NCBI GenBank assembly: GCA_963837955.1
Contig: CAWIPH010000002.1
Span: 4,512,001 to 4,576,000, forward strand
Origin: an uncultured Verrucomicrobiae bacterium
GTDB taxonomy: Bacteria > Verrucomicrobiota > Verrucomicrobiia > Chthoniobacterales > JAFAMB01
Direction of reading: 5' to 3'
Length of the DNA: 64,000 nt
Made by a program: the position numbers and the translations under genes
Notes under the pieces: generated by a model
The model's input: only the letters and a program-made list of their open reading frames with translations
Told to the model about the DNA's origin: nothing
The model's database searches: none
Shown here: positions 1 through 10,342 of the stretch, piece after piece
How the letters are laid out: each line of letters opens with the position of its first letter
How positions within the stretch are numbered: the first letter of the stretch is position 1

Positions 1-841
1 ACCTTTTATTTGTTCCTGGTCAAGGGAGCAAAAGATCGAGCCAAAGAACTCGGCTATACCATCGATTACCAGGGTCCCGCGACCGAGACCGAAATTGCCA
101 GTCAGGTAGATTTGATTCGAAATATTTCCAGATCAAAACCTGCCGGTATTCTGCTGGCTGCACTCGATTCCAAGGGGCTCATCCCGCCGGTGCAGGAAGC
201 TCTGCAAAATGGTGTTCCGGTTGTGATGGTCGATTCCGGAATTGATAGCGATGCGCCGCAGGCCAGCGTCACGACCGACAATTACAAGGGAGGATTTGAA
301 GCGGGAATGGAGATGGCAAAGCTGTTAGGAGAGAAAGGCGTGGTTGCCAATCTGGGCATCCAGGCCGGCTCAGTCAGCTCGAAAAGGAGCACTGGCTTCA
401 ACGATGCTATCGCCAAGTTTCCTAATATGAAAGTACTCCCGATTCAGTGGACGAACGCCGATGCCGCTACGTCGCTGAATATCGCAACCGATCAACTAAC
501 TGGGAATCCGGACCTGGCCGGCTTTCTTCTCTGCCTGTGCGCCCACGGCCGTCGGTATTTGCCAAGCGATCAAAGCAAAGGGATTGGAGAAGAAAGTAAA
601 GGTTGTTACATTCGATCCTAGCCCGGAAATTTTACCTCTTTTTGAGAGTGGAGTGATCCAGCGCATCATTGCGCAGGATCCTTATCAAATGGGGTATCAA
701 GGTGTAGGCTATATTGATAAAGCGCGTAAAAAAGAGCCGATTGAAAGCAAGAAAGTTGAGCTCCCGCCGGTCATGATCACTCCGGAAAACTACAAGAGCG
801 CGGAAGTACAGAAACTACTGCAAACACCGGATAAATTTTAG
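1..841 (+). CDS. Sugar ABC transporter periplasmic binding protein (RbsB-like), 5' partial, one frameshift near 524
   Basis: ORFs 10-621 and 584-841 join if one T is removed at ~524 (GFFSACAPTAVG...KVKVVTFD...IIAQDPYQMGY); type I periplasmic binding protein motifs. Confidence 0.85.
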
Positions 842-857
842 CGCAACGGCCAGAAAC

Positions 858-1724
858 CTCACGCAAAGGCGCAAAGACGCAAAGGTAGGGAAGCAGAATT
901 TAGGAGCTGGAATTTGTATGTTTCGAAAAGAAGGAAACGAGGAACGAGATCGTAACCGATGACCGACCTTTTGGAACGGCCGCGAATGCCGACTTTCGCC
1001 AAGGGTTCCAACTTCGCTGACTTTTTTCTCAGACTTCCAACTACAGTCCAAAGTTCGTCGGCTAAGGAACGCAAAGATCGAGAGAGATTCTTACCTTTGC
1101 TGCCTTCTGTTCAAAAAGATCTTCTTTACCGACTCCTGGTGAGCGTTTTTCTGTGATCTCGTCATTTCGTAAGGGGAGCGGCTTCTTACGCTCCTTCCTC
1201 CTTCGCAAGGCCTTCGGCGGGACAAGTCAGAGCGACACGCGTTATTGGGGATCTAACCCAGGGTTCCGCAAAGCCTCCGGGCGAAGCGCATGACAAATAG
1301 CAAATAGCAGATAGCAAATGAAGGCCTGACGGACCTATTGAAATAACCGGAAGGGACATGGGCTGAGTCCTGTTACGCCGTTGGCGTATTTGTCATCTGT
1401 CATTTGTCATCTCTCATCACCTTGGCTATTTGCTATCTGCTATCTGCTATGCGCTTCGCCTGTCATCTGTCATGCGCTTCGCCTGGCTTCCAGCTTCCAA
1501 ATTCTGTCTCCTCATCCTTTGCGTCTTGGCGTCTTTGCGTGAGATTTTTCTTCCGTGTTTTGACCTTTCGAGGACGAGTACGATTCTCTTTCAACAGGAG
1601 CTAACAGAGAAAACGGAGAGACTGTCAGCTCGCCTCTCCGTTTCCTTCTGTGCGTACCTATTCTAAATTCCAACTTCTAGATTCTAGGTCCCATCCTTTG
1701 CGTCTTGGCGTCTTTGCGTGAGAT
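858..1724. repeat. Composite intergenic repeat mosaic bounded by inverted CTCACGCAAAG(A/G)CGC modules
   Basis: + copy at ~858, - copies at ~1517-1545 and ~1696-1724; ~1140-1390 closely matches the reverse complement of ~26848-27105 and partly 17710-17895. Confidence 0.85.
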
Positions 1725-1725
1725 T

Positions 1726-2796
1726 TTAATGCGCTTCGCCAGCTAACTGATTCGGCAGCGCTTTCAATGTTGCGCTGTCGAGTTGACCGGTAACGGACAG
1801 ATTCTCGTTGGACTGAAACAAACGCACCGCTTTTGCCGTTTGTGGGCCGAACAGGCCATCGATCGGACCGTGATAGTAACCGAGTTGAGTTAGCTGATTC
1901 TGCACGGCAACAATGGTGTCCTGAGAAAGCGTCACGTCGGCTGCTGAGGATTGGCCATTGGCATAATCACCAGCGTTGTCGCCGGAATAGACGCCAGCAC
2001 TGCCGTCATAATAGCCGCCGTAGTACGGATAGCCGGACCCGTAGAACGGATAGTAGTCGTACCCGAAGAACGGGTCATACCAAAAGGGATTTCCAAAAAA
2101 GAAACCGCCGTCTGCCGGAAACGATCTCCGTCTCGAAAGATCTCCATCCCGGAAATGATCTCCGTTCCGGAAATGCTCTCCGTTCCGGAAATGATCTTGC
2201 TGGGCAAAGTGCGCTCCTTGGTGTTGTGCGAAGCTATTGCCGGCAAAACTATGCCCGGTGACATGGCTGCCAGGAGTGAAATGGCTGCCGCCACCAGCGA
2301 AATGGCCACCGCCACGAACGAAATGGCTGCTGCCACTAGCAAAATGACCACCGCCACGCGTGAAATGGGTGTTGCCACCAGCAAAATGGCCACCACCACC
2401 ACCGAAATGGCCACCGCCACCACCGAAATGCCCACCGCCACTAGCAAAATGGCCACCGCCACTAGCAAAATGGCCACCGCCACCAGCGAAATGACCACCG
2501 CCACCAGCGAAATGGCCGCCGCCACCAGCGAAATGGCCACCGCCACCAGCGAAATGGCCGCCGCCACCAGCGAAATGGCCGCCGCCACCAGCGAAATGGC
2601 CGCCACCGCCACCGAAATGGCCGCCGCCACCACCGAAGCCTCCCCCATGTCCACCACCACCAAAGCCTCCGCCATGCCCACCACCTCCTCCACCGTGGCC
2701 ACCGCCTCCTCCACCACGAGCGAACGCGGCGGTAGGCGCGAGCGCCAGAATGCCGGCCAGAACCAGACCGACCAATGAACCTTTCATCAATCTCAT
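1726..2796 (-). CDS. Secreted Gly-rich (GGGGHFA)n protein with C-terminal peptidoglycan-binding domain
   Basis: Signal peptide ending AFA; ~17 GGG(G/S)HF units; C-terminal VQNQLTQLGYYHGPIDGLFGPQTAKAVRLFQ...TGQLD, typical of PG_binding_1. Confidence 0.85.
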   Translation of the reverse strand: MRLMKGSLVGLVLAGILALAPTAAFARGGGGGGHGGGGGGHGGGFGGGGHGGGFGGGGGHFGGGGGHFAGGGGHFAGGGGHFAGGGGHFAGGGGHFAGGGGHFAGGGGHFASGGGHFASGGGHFGGGGGHFGGGGGHFAGGNTHFTRGGGHFASGSSHFVRGGGHFAGGGSHFTPGSHVTGHSFAGNSFAQHQGAHFAQQDHFRNGEHFRNGDHFRDGDLSRRRSFPADGGFFFGNPFWYDPFFGYDYYPFYGSGYPYYGGYYDGSAGVYSGDNAGDYANGQSSAADVTLSQDTIVAVQNQLTQLGYYHGPIDGLFGPQTAKAVRLFQSNENLSVTGQLDSATLKALPNQLAGEAH

Positions 2797-2982
2797 AAGC
2801 AACCTTCCTGGTTGCAATTTGGTTTCACTGAACGGGAGGGGCTAATCGGATACTCTGATTGGATATCAGCGGGCGTTATGGCACTAGCGCACAAGAGCTC
2901 GCGGAGACCAAGAAATACCCTTCTAACAGGAGATCACAGAGATAACGGAGAAAACCGGATCTCACGCAAAGACGCGTTACCC

Positions 2983-3009
2983 GGTAGGGCTGAGCTCCCG
3001 CTCGGCCGG
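2983..3009 (+). repeat. GTAG-type REP-like palindrome GTAGGGCTGAGCTCCCGCTCGGCC
   Basis: GTAG followed by hairpin GGCTGAGC-tccc-GCTCGGCC; further copies at ~36027, ~46303, and on the - strand at ~37705-37731 and (partial) ~58111-58130. Confidence 0.7.
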
Positions 3010-3241
3010 AATCACCTCACGCAAAGACGCCAAGACGCAAAGGTGGAGAAGTGAGAAGTGAGAAGTGATTGGTGAACGGAGCGACGTGCGGTAGATCATC
3101 CAAAATGGGGTCACGTCTAAAACCGTAAATAGCCGCAAAAGAACACAAAGAGCGCAGAGAATTCACATCCTTTGCTACTTTCTGTTTAAAAAATCTTCGT
3201 GGTCTTTGCGATCTTCTGTGAAGTAAGACAGTAGGCAGGAG

Positions 3242-3745
3242 CTAGGATCCAGGAGACGGCAGTCTTCCCCTCTTTGCGCCTTGGCGTCTTTGCGTGAGAT
3301 TTTTCTTCCGTCCGCGATTGGTCGCATTCGAGACATCGGAGACGGCGCTCTGCGCGATCACGATATTGCCTTCCGACAAGCCTGCTGCTAACAGCGCAAT
3401 GATCAGTAGCCAAAAACTCTCCATCCCAATCGCAATGGCAATCAGGCCGTAGCAGAAAATCGAAAGAACGAGCGAAACGAGCAATACGCGTCGACGCGCA
3501 AATTTGTCAGAGAGTGCGCCAATCGGCGGAGCTGATAGAAATTGTCCCAGCGGATACATGCACAACACCAGGCCGAGTAGGACCGTTTTTGTGCCTGTCG
3601 CCGTATCGGGAGGAATTAAACGGCCATGCCCCTGCAAAAACATCGGAGTGAATACCGTTATCATCATGCTGTATCCGACAAACCCGGCGAAGACGACCAA
3701 ATAGACCGGAAGAAGGCGTACGAGACTCATAGAGACCAGCTCCAC
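3242..3745 (-). pseudogene. Truncated MFS transporter (TetA/DHA1-like N-terminal half)
   Basis: MFS motif A (GALSDKFARRRVL) and about five TM segments; the ORF then runs into a repeat (KKNLTQRRQGAK) at ~3310 and stops. Confidence 0.75.
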
Positions 3746-3906
3746 GCCGCAAGCAGTTTCATTTCGGGATTGGAGATTAGGCGAAAAAACACCCGCGCGT
3801 CACGCTCTGTTCGATGAACAGGTAACAGCCGTCGACCGCTTTGAGGACCCCCGGAAATTCGGGATCCTCTCGGCACTTAAGGTGAAACTCGTAGGGTGAA
3901 ACTCGT

Positions 3907-4074
3907 AGGGTCACGTCTAAACCTTCAATATTGCTCGTCACTTTCAATCTTCGCCGAAGGATCTGTTAGGTCTGCTTCGCACCCAGGCTCATCTTCTTTC
4001 AATATCTATTCTTAACGGTCGTGTCGGCAGATATCTAGGCGACCCCGAATGTTGAAAGTTAAGACGTGACCCTA
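3907..4074. repeat. Element with inverted TAGGGTCACGTCT ends; core repeated directly at ~13833-14002
   Basis: tagggtcacgtctaaac (~3907) and aagacgtgacccta (~4061-4074); internal gaaggatctgttaggtct...attcttaacggt...atgttgaa also present at ~13843-13980. Confidence 0.75.
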
Positions 4075-4409
4075 TTTTTATCCTTGCCCACACTCAGAAA
4101 TGGATGTTGCCGAGGAGTTGAAAATGTCTCTTCTATTTCCTTTATTTTCCCCAGCATTTCCTCATACGACTTTTCTTGGCTACCAATTACCCCGAGTCGA
4201 TTCGAAAGAAACTCATATGCAACCCGATTAGGAAGGATGAGCTGCTCTTTTAGTTGCTCCAAAATGTTCAAAAATTCCTTTCGCGTGTCCTCCGAATACC
4301 GGTAGAGATTTAGCAACACGTTAGCGTCCGCCGCGATTGCGCCTTTGCTCCACATTTGTTTAAGCTCGGCGTGGGATAGTTTGAAATATCCAGGAAAGAG
4401 TTGCTTCAC
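4059..4409 (-). pseudogene. PIN-like domain protein (PIN_8 type), C-terminally truncated
   Basis: MKQLFPGY...DANVLLNLYRYS...LPNRVAYEF motif; ends in RVTS* encoded by the GGGTCACGTCT repeat. Confidence 0.7.
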
Positions 4410-4576
4410 AGGAAAAGTCCCCTTTTAACAGAGTCTAATGCGTCTGTCAGGCGCAAAAAATGAACGACAAAAGAGTTGCTTGCCGATTTACGGCTCCTGA
4501 CCCCAATTGGTGTGAATTTTGACTTTCGGCACCCGCTCATGCCCGCTTAAGATCTTACACTCGATGGCTTTTGCTC

Positions 4577-5008
4577 ATGTTGAATCTTAAGAGATTTGGT
4601 CCGCGTACGGTCTGCCTGTTTCTGATGACGGCTGCGTTATGCAGCTGCGCAGGTGTTGAATTTCATGCCTGGGAAGGTAAGCAGCAGAAATGGCCGACTT
4701 CGCCGGGAGCTCTCGTCGACAATCGATACGCAGTTCCGACGTACTATGGTTATCCGCCGCGGACCTACATGGTTATTGGGGTGATTCAATCTTCAACAAA
4801 GAGGGTGAATCGGTTTGCCCTTCTCTCGTACGCCGCTAATCGTGCGAAAGCGCTCGGAGCCGACGCGATTCTGGCAATGCCGCGGACATCCGAGTCCGAC
4901 ACAGCGAATCCTTTTGCTGATGGGTTAGGCCCTGTTCTCACACCAACAACCGACCGTGGTTTTTTCTCTGCCAAAGCGTCGGTGGTGGCAATCAAATGGC
5001 AGAACTAG
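4577..5008 (+). CDS. Putative lipoprotein (YbjQ/DUF4156-like small alpha-beta fold)
   Basis: Lipobox-like ALCSC after a hydrophobic N-terminus; RAKALGADAI motif. Confidence 0.55.
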   Translation: MLNLKRFGPRTVCLFLMTAALCSCAGVEFHAWEGKQQKWPTSPGALVDNRYAVPTYYGYPPRTYMVIGVIQSSTKRVNRFALLSYAANRAKALGADAILAMPRTSESDTANPFADGLGPVLTPTTDRGFFSAKASVVAIKWQN

Positions 5009-5149
5009 GAAATCAGTAGAGGTCGGGTCTAAAGACTCAAATAATTCGGCTGTACCTTGTTCTCGTTCATCAAGTCACATTACTTGATTCTTTATATACG
5101 ACCCCTCGTTTTGCCACTTCAAAATGTGGCCTCACCGATCGTCCACAAC

Positions 5150-5741
5150 TTAAGATTGCCGCAGACGGCGGCCGCGCTCATACGACTTTTGGGCAAAGAG
5201 GGTAACGGATACACTATTAAATTCGATCGGGCCGACTTTCCGTTCTTTGTAATATTTGAACTCCACATGTCTAGAGAATAGGTCTCTAAGCTGTCCGGCC
5301 TTTGGCAGCACACGGAAGTTTTCTCCTTGCCCACCGAAGGTCTCTACGTAAACGTGCCCTCCTTCTTGCAGTGAAGAGAGAAGACAAGGCACGAGGTCTA
5401 TCATTGCAAAATGAACGCAAACTATTGCCGAGAAGGAGGATGGTGCGAACGGCCACAGTCCGGCCTTTAGATCGGCGCAAACGGTAAAGATTTTGCCAAT
5501 GCGAACGCCGGGAAATGCGCGCTCCGCGATATACGCGTTCTTGACCTGCTCCAGAGCGGCCAGACGTCCTTGGTCGTTATCAACCGCAAGAACCGTGCAG
5601 CCTCGCGCCGCCAAGGCGACGGCATTACGCCCGTACCCGCAGGGAGCGTCAAGTACTGTGCCTCTAGCAATGGACGCTATTTGGTCGGCAAATCTGAGGA
5701 GGGTTTTCGAAGGACGAAATCGGCAAGTGTGCGGTTTTCAC
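5150..5741 (-). CDS. Class I SAM-dependent methyltransferase (TehB-like), coupled to hxsC; probable +1 error near 5717
   Basis: Frame upstream of the called TTG reads VLDAPCGYGRNAVALAARGCTVLAVD (SAM motif I); GTG at 5741-5739 overlaps the hxsC TAG and is in frame after removing one base. Confidence 0.75.
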
Positions 5742-6909
5742 TACGAGGAAAAGGCCCGTATATGGTCGCTGTAGCGAATCTTTGCGGACGCAAAGAACCC
5801 TCCGCAATTTTCCTTTTCTCGACAGCCTTCGCACTCCGGCATGTATTCGTTCTTCCAATCGCTGATGGACTTTCGAGCGAATGGCCATAGGCGCTTATCC
5901 AGGACGCAGAGTTGGTGATTATAGATCGAGACGTGCATCCGACTGTCCGCCAGAAGGCTAACGGCTCGATACAATTCCGTCTGATAATCCGCGGGATCAA
6001 TCCAAAGGTCGTCGAGATTCGCCCGCGTAAAGCCAGTGATTTCAAGGCCCATTAACGCGACATGGTCAACAAACGTAAGATTTCGCGCGAGAAATTCGGC
6101 AAGTTGCGGCAATCGGGCATAGGTCTGCTGATGAACCACGACGCGAATTTCAACCTTTTGCTTATAACGTTTAAGATTGAGAATTCCACGAATCGTTTCG
6201 TCAAAAGCTCCGTCCGATTGAACCACGTAATCATGAATTGTCGAGACGTCGGAGTAAATTGGAATCCCGATCATCATATCGAAATGCTGGATATCGGCGT
6301 AGCGTCTCGCGAATTCCGCTGCTCGCAAATAGCCGACCATTGGAGAGGATATGGATCGCCGTATTGGGCAGATAGCTCTTCATTGCTCGCAGAATTCGCA
6401 AAAAATCCTCTCCCAAAAGAGTCGGCTCACCTCCAGTAAAGCCAATTTCTTGCGTTGATGGATCAATGAGCGGAATGGCCGCCAATACATCATCGACAAT
6501 CCAATTGTCGTCGATGTTTTTGGGAGGTTGGGAGCACATCAAGCAGTAGTGATTGCACCGCTCGGTAAGAAGAAAGTGGTTATGAAATGAGTTTCGTCGG
6601 TAAAGAACCCGAACTGCGTTACTTTTCGGCCATAGACGCAGAACGTCGCCATCGCCGAGATAGTGAAACTCATCGGGCAGAATCATCGATCTTTGTTTCG
6701 GAAGGAAGACTGTCCAACGCCGCAGCATGCTTCGCAAGTGCGAGATAGACGCCAAACCCCTCCGGTAAACTGCCCTCAGCGACGAGAAATGCCTCGCGCG
6801 CCCGAAGCGCCTGCGGGCGGTCCTGTTGGTCGGTGACACGCATAACCATTCTGGCCGGACTGTCGGAAAGATTGCGGCTTTCAACCGCGCGGCTGGAGAG
6901 TGTCAGCAT
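5741..6909 (-). CDS. hxsC: His-Xaa-Ser system radical SAM maturase HxsC (two +1 frameshifts)
   Basis: TERCNHYCLMCSQPP (CxxxCxxC), FTGGEPT, LMGLEITGF, ARKSISDWKNEY..CEGC....CGGFF; three ORF pieces join. Confidence 0.88.
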
Positions 6910-8372
6910 CGTGAGTTTGCCCATCTTACAAAAATGCGGCGCACCTCATCATCGTTCCGCATCAGCGTAATGAGCCGCCTAAAGATCGACATGTTCCTTT
7001 TGCAAAACGCAGAGAGAGGTTTGCGTCCGACAAAATCTCCCTGGGTCGCGTGATGAAATACAGGATCGGCGCCGCAGAAAGGTTCAAACGCGCAGTCCGA
7101 GCACATCGGCACTGATGCTGCAAAAGACTCTTCAATTGGACCCAATAGCGCATCCGAAAGGATAATATCCTCGTAGCGATCTCGATGGACGTTTCCTATT
7201 CTAAAAGTCTTGTCGCCCATCTCAGCGAGCATCCGACTCTCGTCGGAGGCGTACACGTCTCCATCGTAATTGTAGACGATGGCGCCAATGCCAATGCCCG
7301 CAGGGCTTCGCAGATCGACAAATCCCGGCTCAAAAGGAGTGAGCATTTTAGCGAGAATCGTGGCAGCATAGAATTCCGTGAAGGCATAACCTGAACGATT
7401 TAGTGCGAGGATATAGTCCAGACCTGCGAAATAGAATTCGAGCCATTCGTCTACGTCGTACGCCTTGAACCACTTCGTCTTAACAGCGAATCCATAAGGC
7501 GACATCGGTCGAAGAAAAATCCCTCTGAACCCTTGCGCCACATACTCATCGACGATATCTCGCACCCGCCCGAGGCTGAGTTTCGTGGTCGTCATTAGAG
7601 CGCTAACGCGGTCTCGGCCCAGAGCATCTGCGGACCCTCGAAATGCCCTCGATCGCGCGCTCATAACTGTCGTTGCCAGGTCGAGGACGATTAGCGTTGT
7701 GCAGGTCTGATGGACCATCAAGTGACGTCGAAATCAGGATGTCGTGATCCCTGCAAAACTCCAAAATTTCGTCATTGATGAGCGCGAGATTGGTTGCAAT
7801 GACAAACTGCAGATCGCGACGCTCTGCGAGGTTCGACGCCTCTGCACGCTCAACGATGTGCCGAATGAGCGGAAAATTCAGCAGTGGCTCACCTCCCTGA
7901 AACTCAATCTTAATACTCGGTGAAGGCGACCGAAACACCAGTGCCAGAGCCTTCTCAGCCGTTTCGACCGACATGTCGAACGCCAGTTTGTCGTCACTCT
8001 GACGAGAGACTTGGCAGTACGGGCACGAATGCTCGCACCTGAGAGAGACTACAAATATATGCAACCCAGTGAAGTCGGCGAGCCGCCGTAGTTTTGTTCG
8101 GACTTTGAGCGGCAACAAGTCCAGTCGCCACTGATGAGTCGCCGATCGATGATGAAATGCTTTGACTTCAAATCATCGTAGACTCGATTTGTGGCAGGAA
8201 GCTGGTGACGCACGAGCGCTTCTAACGCTGGCCGCTCAAGGACGATGAATTCGCCGGCTTGATTGGTCAGAACGTACTCGTCGTCATTGAGCGACGTAAA
8301 GCGGAAGGGCAAAAGCTGGTAGCCATCGACCAGGGGTTGCTGGTAAACCGATAATGGCTGAAACTTACTCAC
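6903..8372 (-). CDS. hxsB: His-Xaa-Ser system radical SAM/SPASM maturase HxsB (frameshifted)
   Basis: YQLLPFRF N-terminus, LHIFVVSLRCEHSCPYCQVSR, KIEFQGGEPLLNF, VDLRSPAG, YASDESRMLAEM, CSDCAFEPFCGADP. Confidence 0.9.
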
Positions 8373-8674
8373 CGCCTTGAAGCCCAGTCTTGGAAAGCGC
8401 GAAAGCCAAGACGGCGTTGCGGGTTGCTTCCGTCTCTTTCGCGATGATCGATCTCAGATCCTGGTCAAGAACCTCATTTTTGAAAGCGGCCACGATCCGC
8501 TCAGCCTGCTCTTCCTCCTTCGGATCCGAAACAAAGTGAAGAACGCATTCGATCTCGGTCGGAACGCGGGATTATGTCAACAGAAAGCACATCCGAAAAA
8601 CGATATGCTGCCTTCTTGATCGTCTCAATGCTGTAGACTTGGGAGGAAAAGGTGACCGTTCGAGGCACAAGCAT
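8365..8674 (-). CDS. hxsD: His-Xaa-Ser system protein HxsD (missed by the ORF track; +1 frameshift near 8563)
   Basis: Manual translation MLVPRTVTFSSQVYSIETIKKAAYRFSD.../...FKNEVLDQDLRSIIAKETEATRNAVLAFALSKTGLQGGE*; GAGGAG RBS; stop overlaps the hxsB start region. Confidence 0.8.
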
Positions 8675-8699
8675 GGGTGTGCTCCTCTAACTCAACGAA

Positions 8700-8975
8700 T
8701 CAGCTTCCAGACATATGGGAAGAATGGCTGGCGTGAGATTCGTGCGAAGCGTGAGACTCGTGTGAGGCGTGTGACTCGTGATCAGTCAATCGGAGGCCAT
8801 CCTCAGCGCTACGCGTGAGAACCAGTTGAGCCGCTCCCACTGCTGCAGATGCTTCCGGGGCCACCATGATGGGCGCGCCTGTCGTAGCAGTCGAGACTTG
8901 CGCACGAAGCGGAGTACCGTTGAGTAATGCAGTAACACAAACCGCAAGCGGACCCAAAAATTGACGTTTGTTCAC
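8700..8975 (-). CDS. hxsA: His-Xaa-Ser repeat precursor peptide HxsA
   Basis: C-terminal HES-HAS-HES-HAS-HES-HAS-HSS-HMS-GS; first gene of the hxsDBC operon. Confidence 0.9.
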   Translation of the reverse strand: MNKRQFLGPLAVCVTALLNGTPLRAQVSTATTGAPIMVAPEASAAVGAAQLVLTRSAEDGLRLTDHESHASHESHASHESHASHSSHMSGS

Positions 8976-9311
8976 AACGTTAAGGTGTTGAGGTTACAAA
9001 AGTTTCAGAGTTACCGTCAATACAGTATTTATAAAAATTGGCGAAAAATGATCGAGCTGTTAGCCCGGTCCCCGGGAAGTCGTGAGCGCTGAGGAAGAAC
9101 CCGCCGGTGTTTTGCGGGACTTGTTAGAAAGAGAACGAAAAGCCAGACGCAAAGGAAGAAGGGAATCTGAACAGGATCACGTCTAAACATTCAACATTCA
9201 GCCTGCCGGCCGTTCCGGAGTTTATTGCTTGTTAGACACGACCTAAAAGTTTCACCTTTTCCCCAGTTAAACTACTGAGTGTCGACTATCAACGGGTGCC
9301 AGCGCAGGAAA

Positions 9312-9770
9312 CTAGATCCGAAGCTTGAAATAATCCTGGTACCGCGGGTTTTTAAAGCAGTCATCGCGGGCAGCCACATATCTGTTCTGTAGGATATCCC
9401 AAATCAGTTCAGTCGGAATGTCGAACGAAAGATACTTCGGAACGATTTTGTGGGCCTGTATTTTCAGGTGATTTTCAAGACTTCTTGTGTCGTTCGGGCG
9501 CTTACCAACAAGGAAATGCTGCTTCGCAAGCTTGGATTCGATCATGATTTTTCGACAGTAGCTGATCAGCTGATCTACGTCGGCCGGCGTTAGAGCCGTC
9601 CGCTTAATCTCGACGATCGTGACGCGATTTCGGACCCGGAACAGCAAATCGAGGCGCTTGTCATCTCGAACAAGCTCGTATTCGGGATGAAAACCTTTCA
9701 GGCTCTCGTCAATTAGTTCCGGGTGACGCCGAAGCAAGGCATGGATCGTCCGCTCTTTATCAACGAGCAT
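9312..9770 (-). CDS. PD-(D/E)XK endonuclease, NucS C-terminal-like
   Basis: E..I...L..HP.LI, EYEL...RLDLL.....VTIVEIKR...VDQLISY pattern; ATG at 9770 overlaps the upstream stop. Confidence 0.7.
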   Translation of the reverse strand: MLVDKERTIHALLRRHPELIDESLKGFHPEYELVRDDKRLDLLFRVRNRVTIVEIKRTALTPADVDQLISYCRKIMIESKLAKQHFLVGKRPNDTRSLENHLKIQAHKIVPKYLSFDIPTELIWDILQNRYVAARDDCFKNPRYQDYFKLRI

Positions 9771-10338
9771 CGCGGATGGAGTCGATGAACGGTTTGAGCT
9801 TTGCTCGCGCATTCGCAAGAGTCGCCTTCCTATCAATTGTCTCACCTTTCGCAGTCCTCTTCTTTACGATTTCGAACTTCACTGCACGTGCGATCTGCTC
9901 GGCTTGTTTACCTTTCAAGAGCTTTGCCAGTGCCTCATCAATTTCGTCTTCCGGTTTCTGCGCCAACGCGCGGAATTGCTGTCGAAGCATATCGTCCGGA
10001 CTCATTCTCAGCTCGCTAACGACCTTCGCAGCAATACCTTTCTTGATCGCAAAAACAGCAAGCTTCTTCTGTTTATCTTTACCGGTGAAGCTTGCCCCTG
10101 ATTGGCTCACGGCGGATACTAACGTTGGCGAAGTTGTGCGTCCCTCTTTAAGAAGGGCATGGATTTCGATGTAGTCTTTGTTGAGAAAATCTTTTGTCTC
10201 CTCTGATTTCGCTAGAAAAGTTGTGAGGCTCTTATGAAGTGCCCCCACCTCTTTCTGCATTTCGTTTACCGTCAGAAATTCTGGATTATTTCTGACAATA
10301 TCTAACGTCTCCTTCAGTAGATCGGTTATTTGGTTCAT
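9760..10338 (-). CDS. Hypothetical charged alpha-helical protein (192 aa)
   Basis: Clean ORF starting 4 nt after the ParA stop; K/E/L-rich, helical-looking; no family recognised. Confidence 0.7.
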   Translation of the reverse strand: MNQITDLLKETLDIVRNNPEFLTVNEMQKEVGALHKSLTTFLAKSEETKDFLNKDYIEIHALLKEGRTTSPTLVSAVSQSGASFTGKDKQKKLAVFAIKKGIAAKVVSELRMSPDDMLRQQFRALAQKPEDEIDEALAKLLKGKQAEQIARAVKFEIVKKRTAKGETIDRKATLANARAKLKPFIDSIRDAR

Positions 10339-10342
10339 AGGC

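Noticed and set aside
1833..2778. Long alternative-frame ORFs (SEMAAAT and VAAAISL repeats)
   Set aside because: Shadow frames of the 21-nt Gly-rich repeat; the frame with signal peptide and PG-binding domain is the credible one
5150..8674. Calling the hxs cluster a set of pseudogenes
   Set aside because: All lesions are +1 insertions, the same type seen in an unrelated transporter gene; motifs are intact; read error is more likely (unverified)
8991..9020. hxsA promoter TTGACG-N18-TAACCT
   Set aside because: Plausible but weak match; not supportable without TSS data
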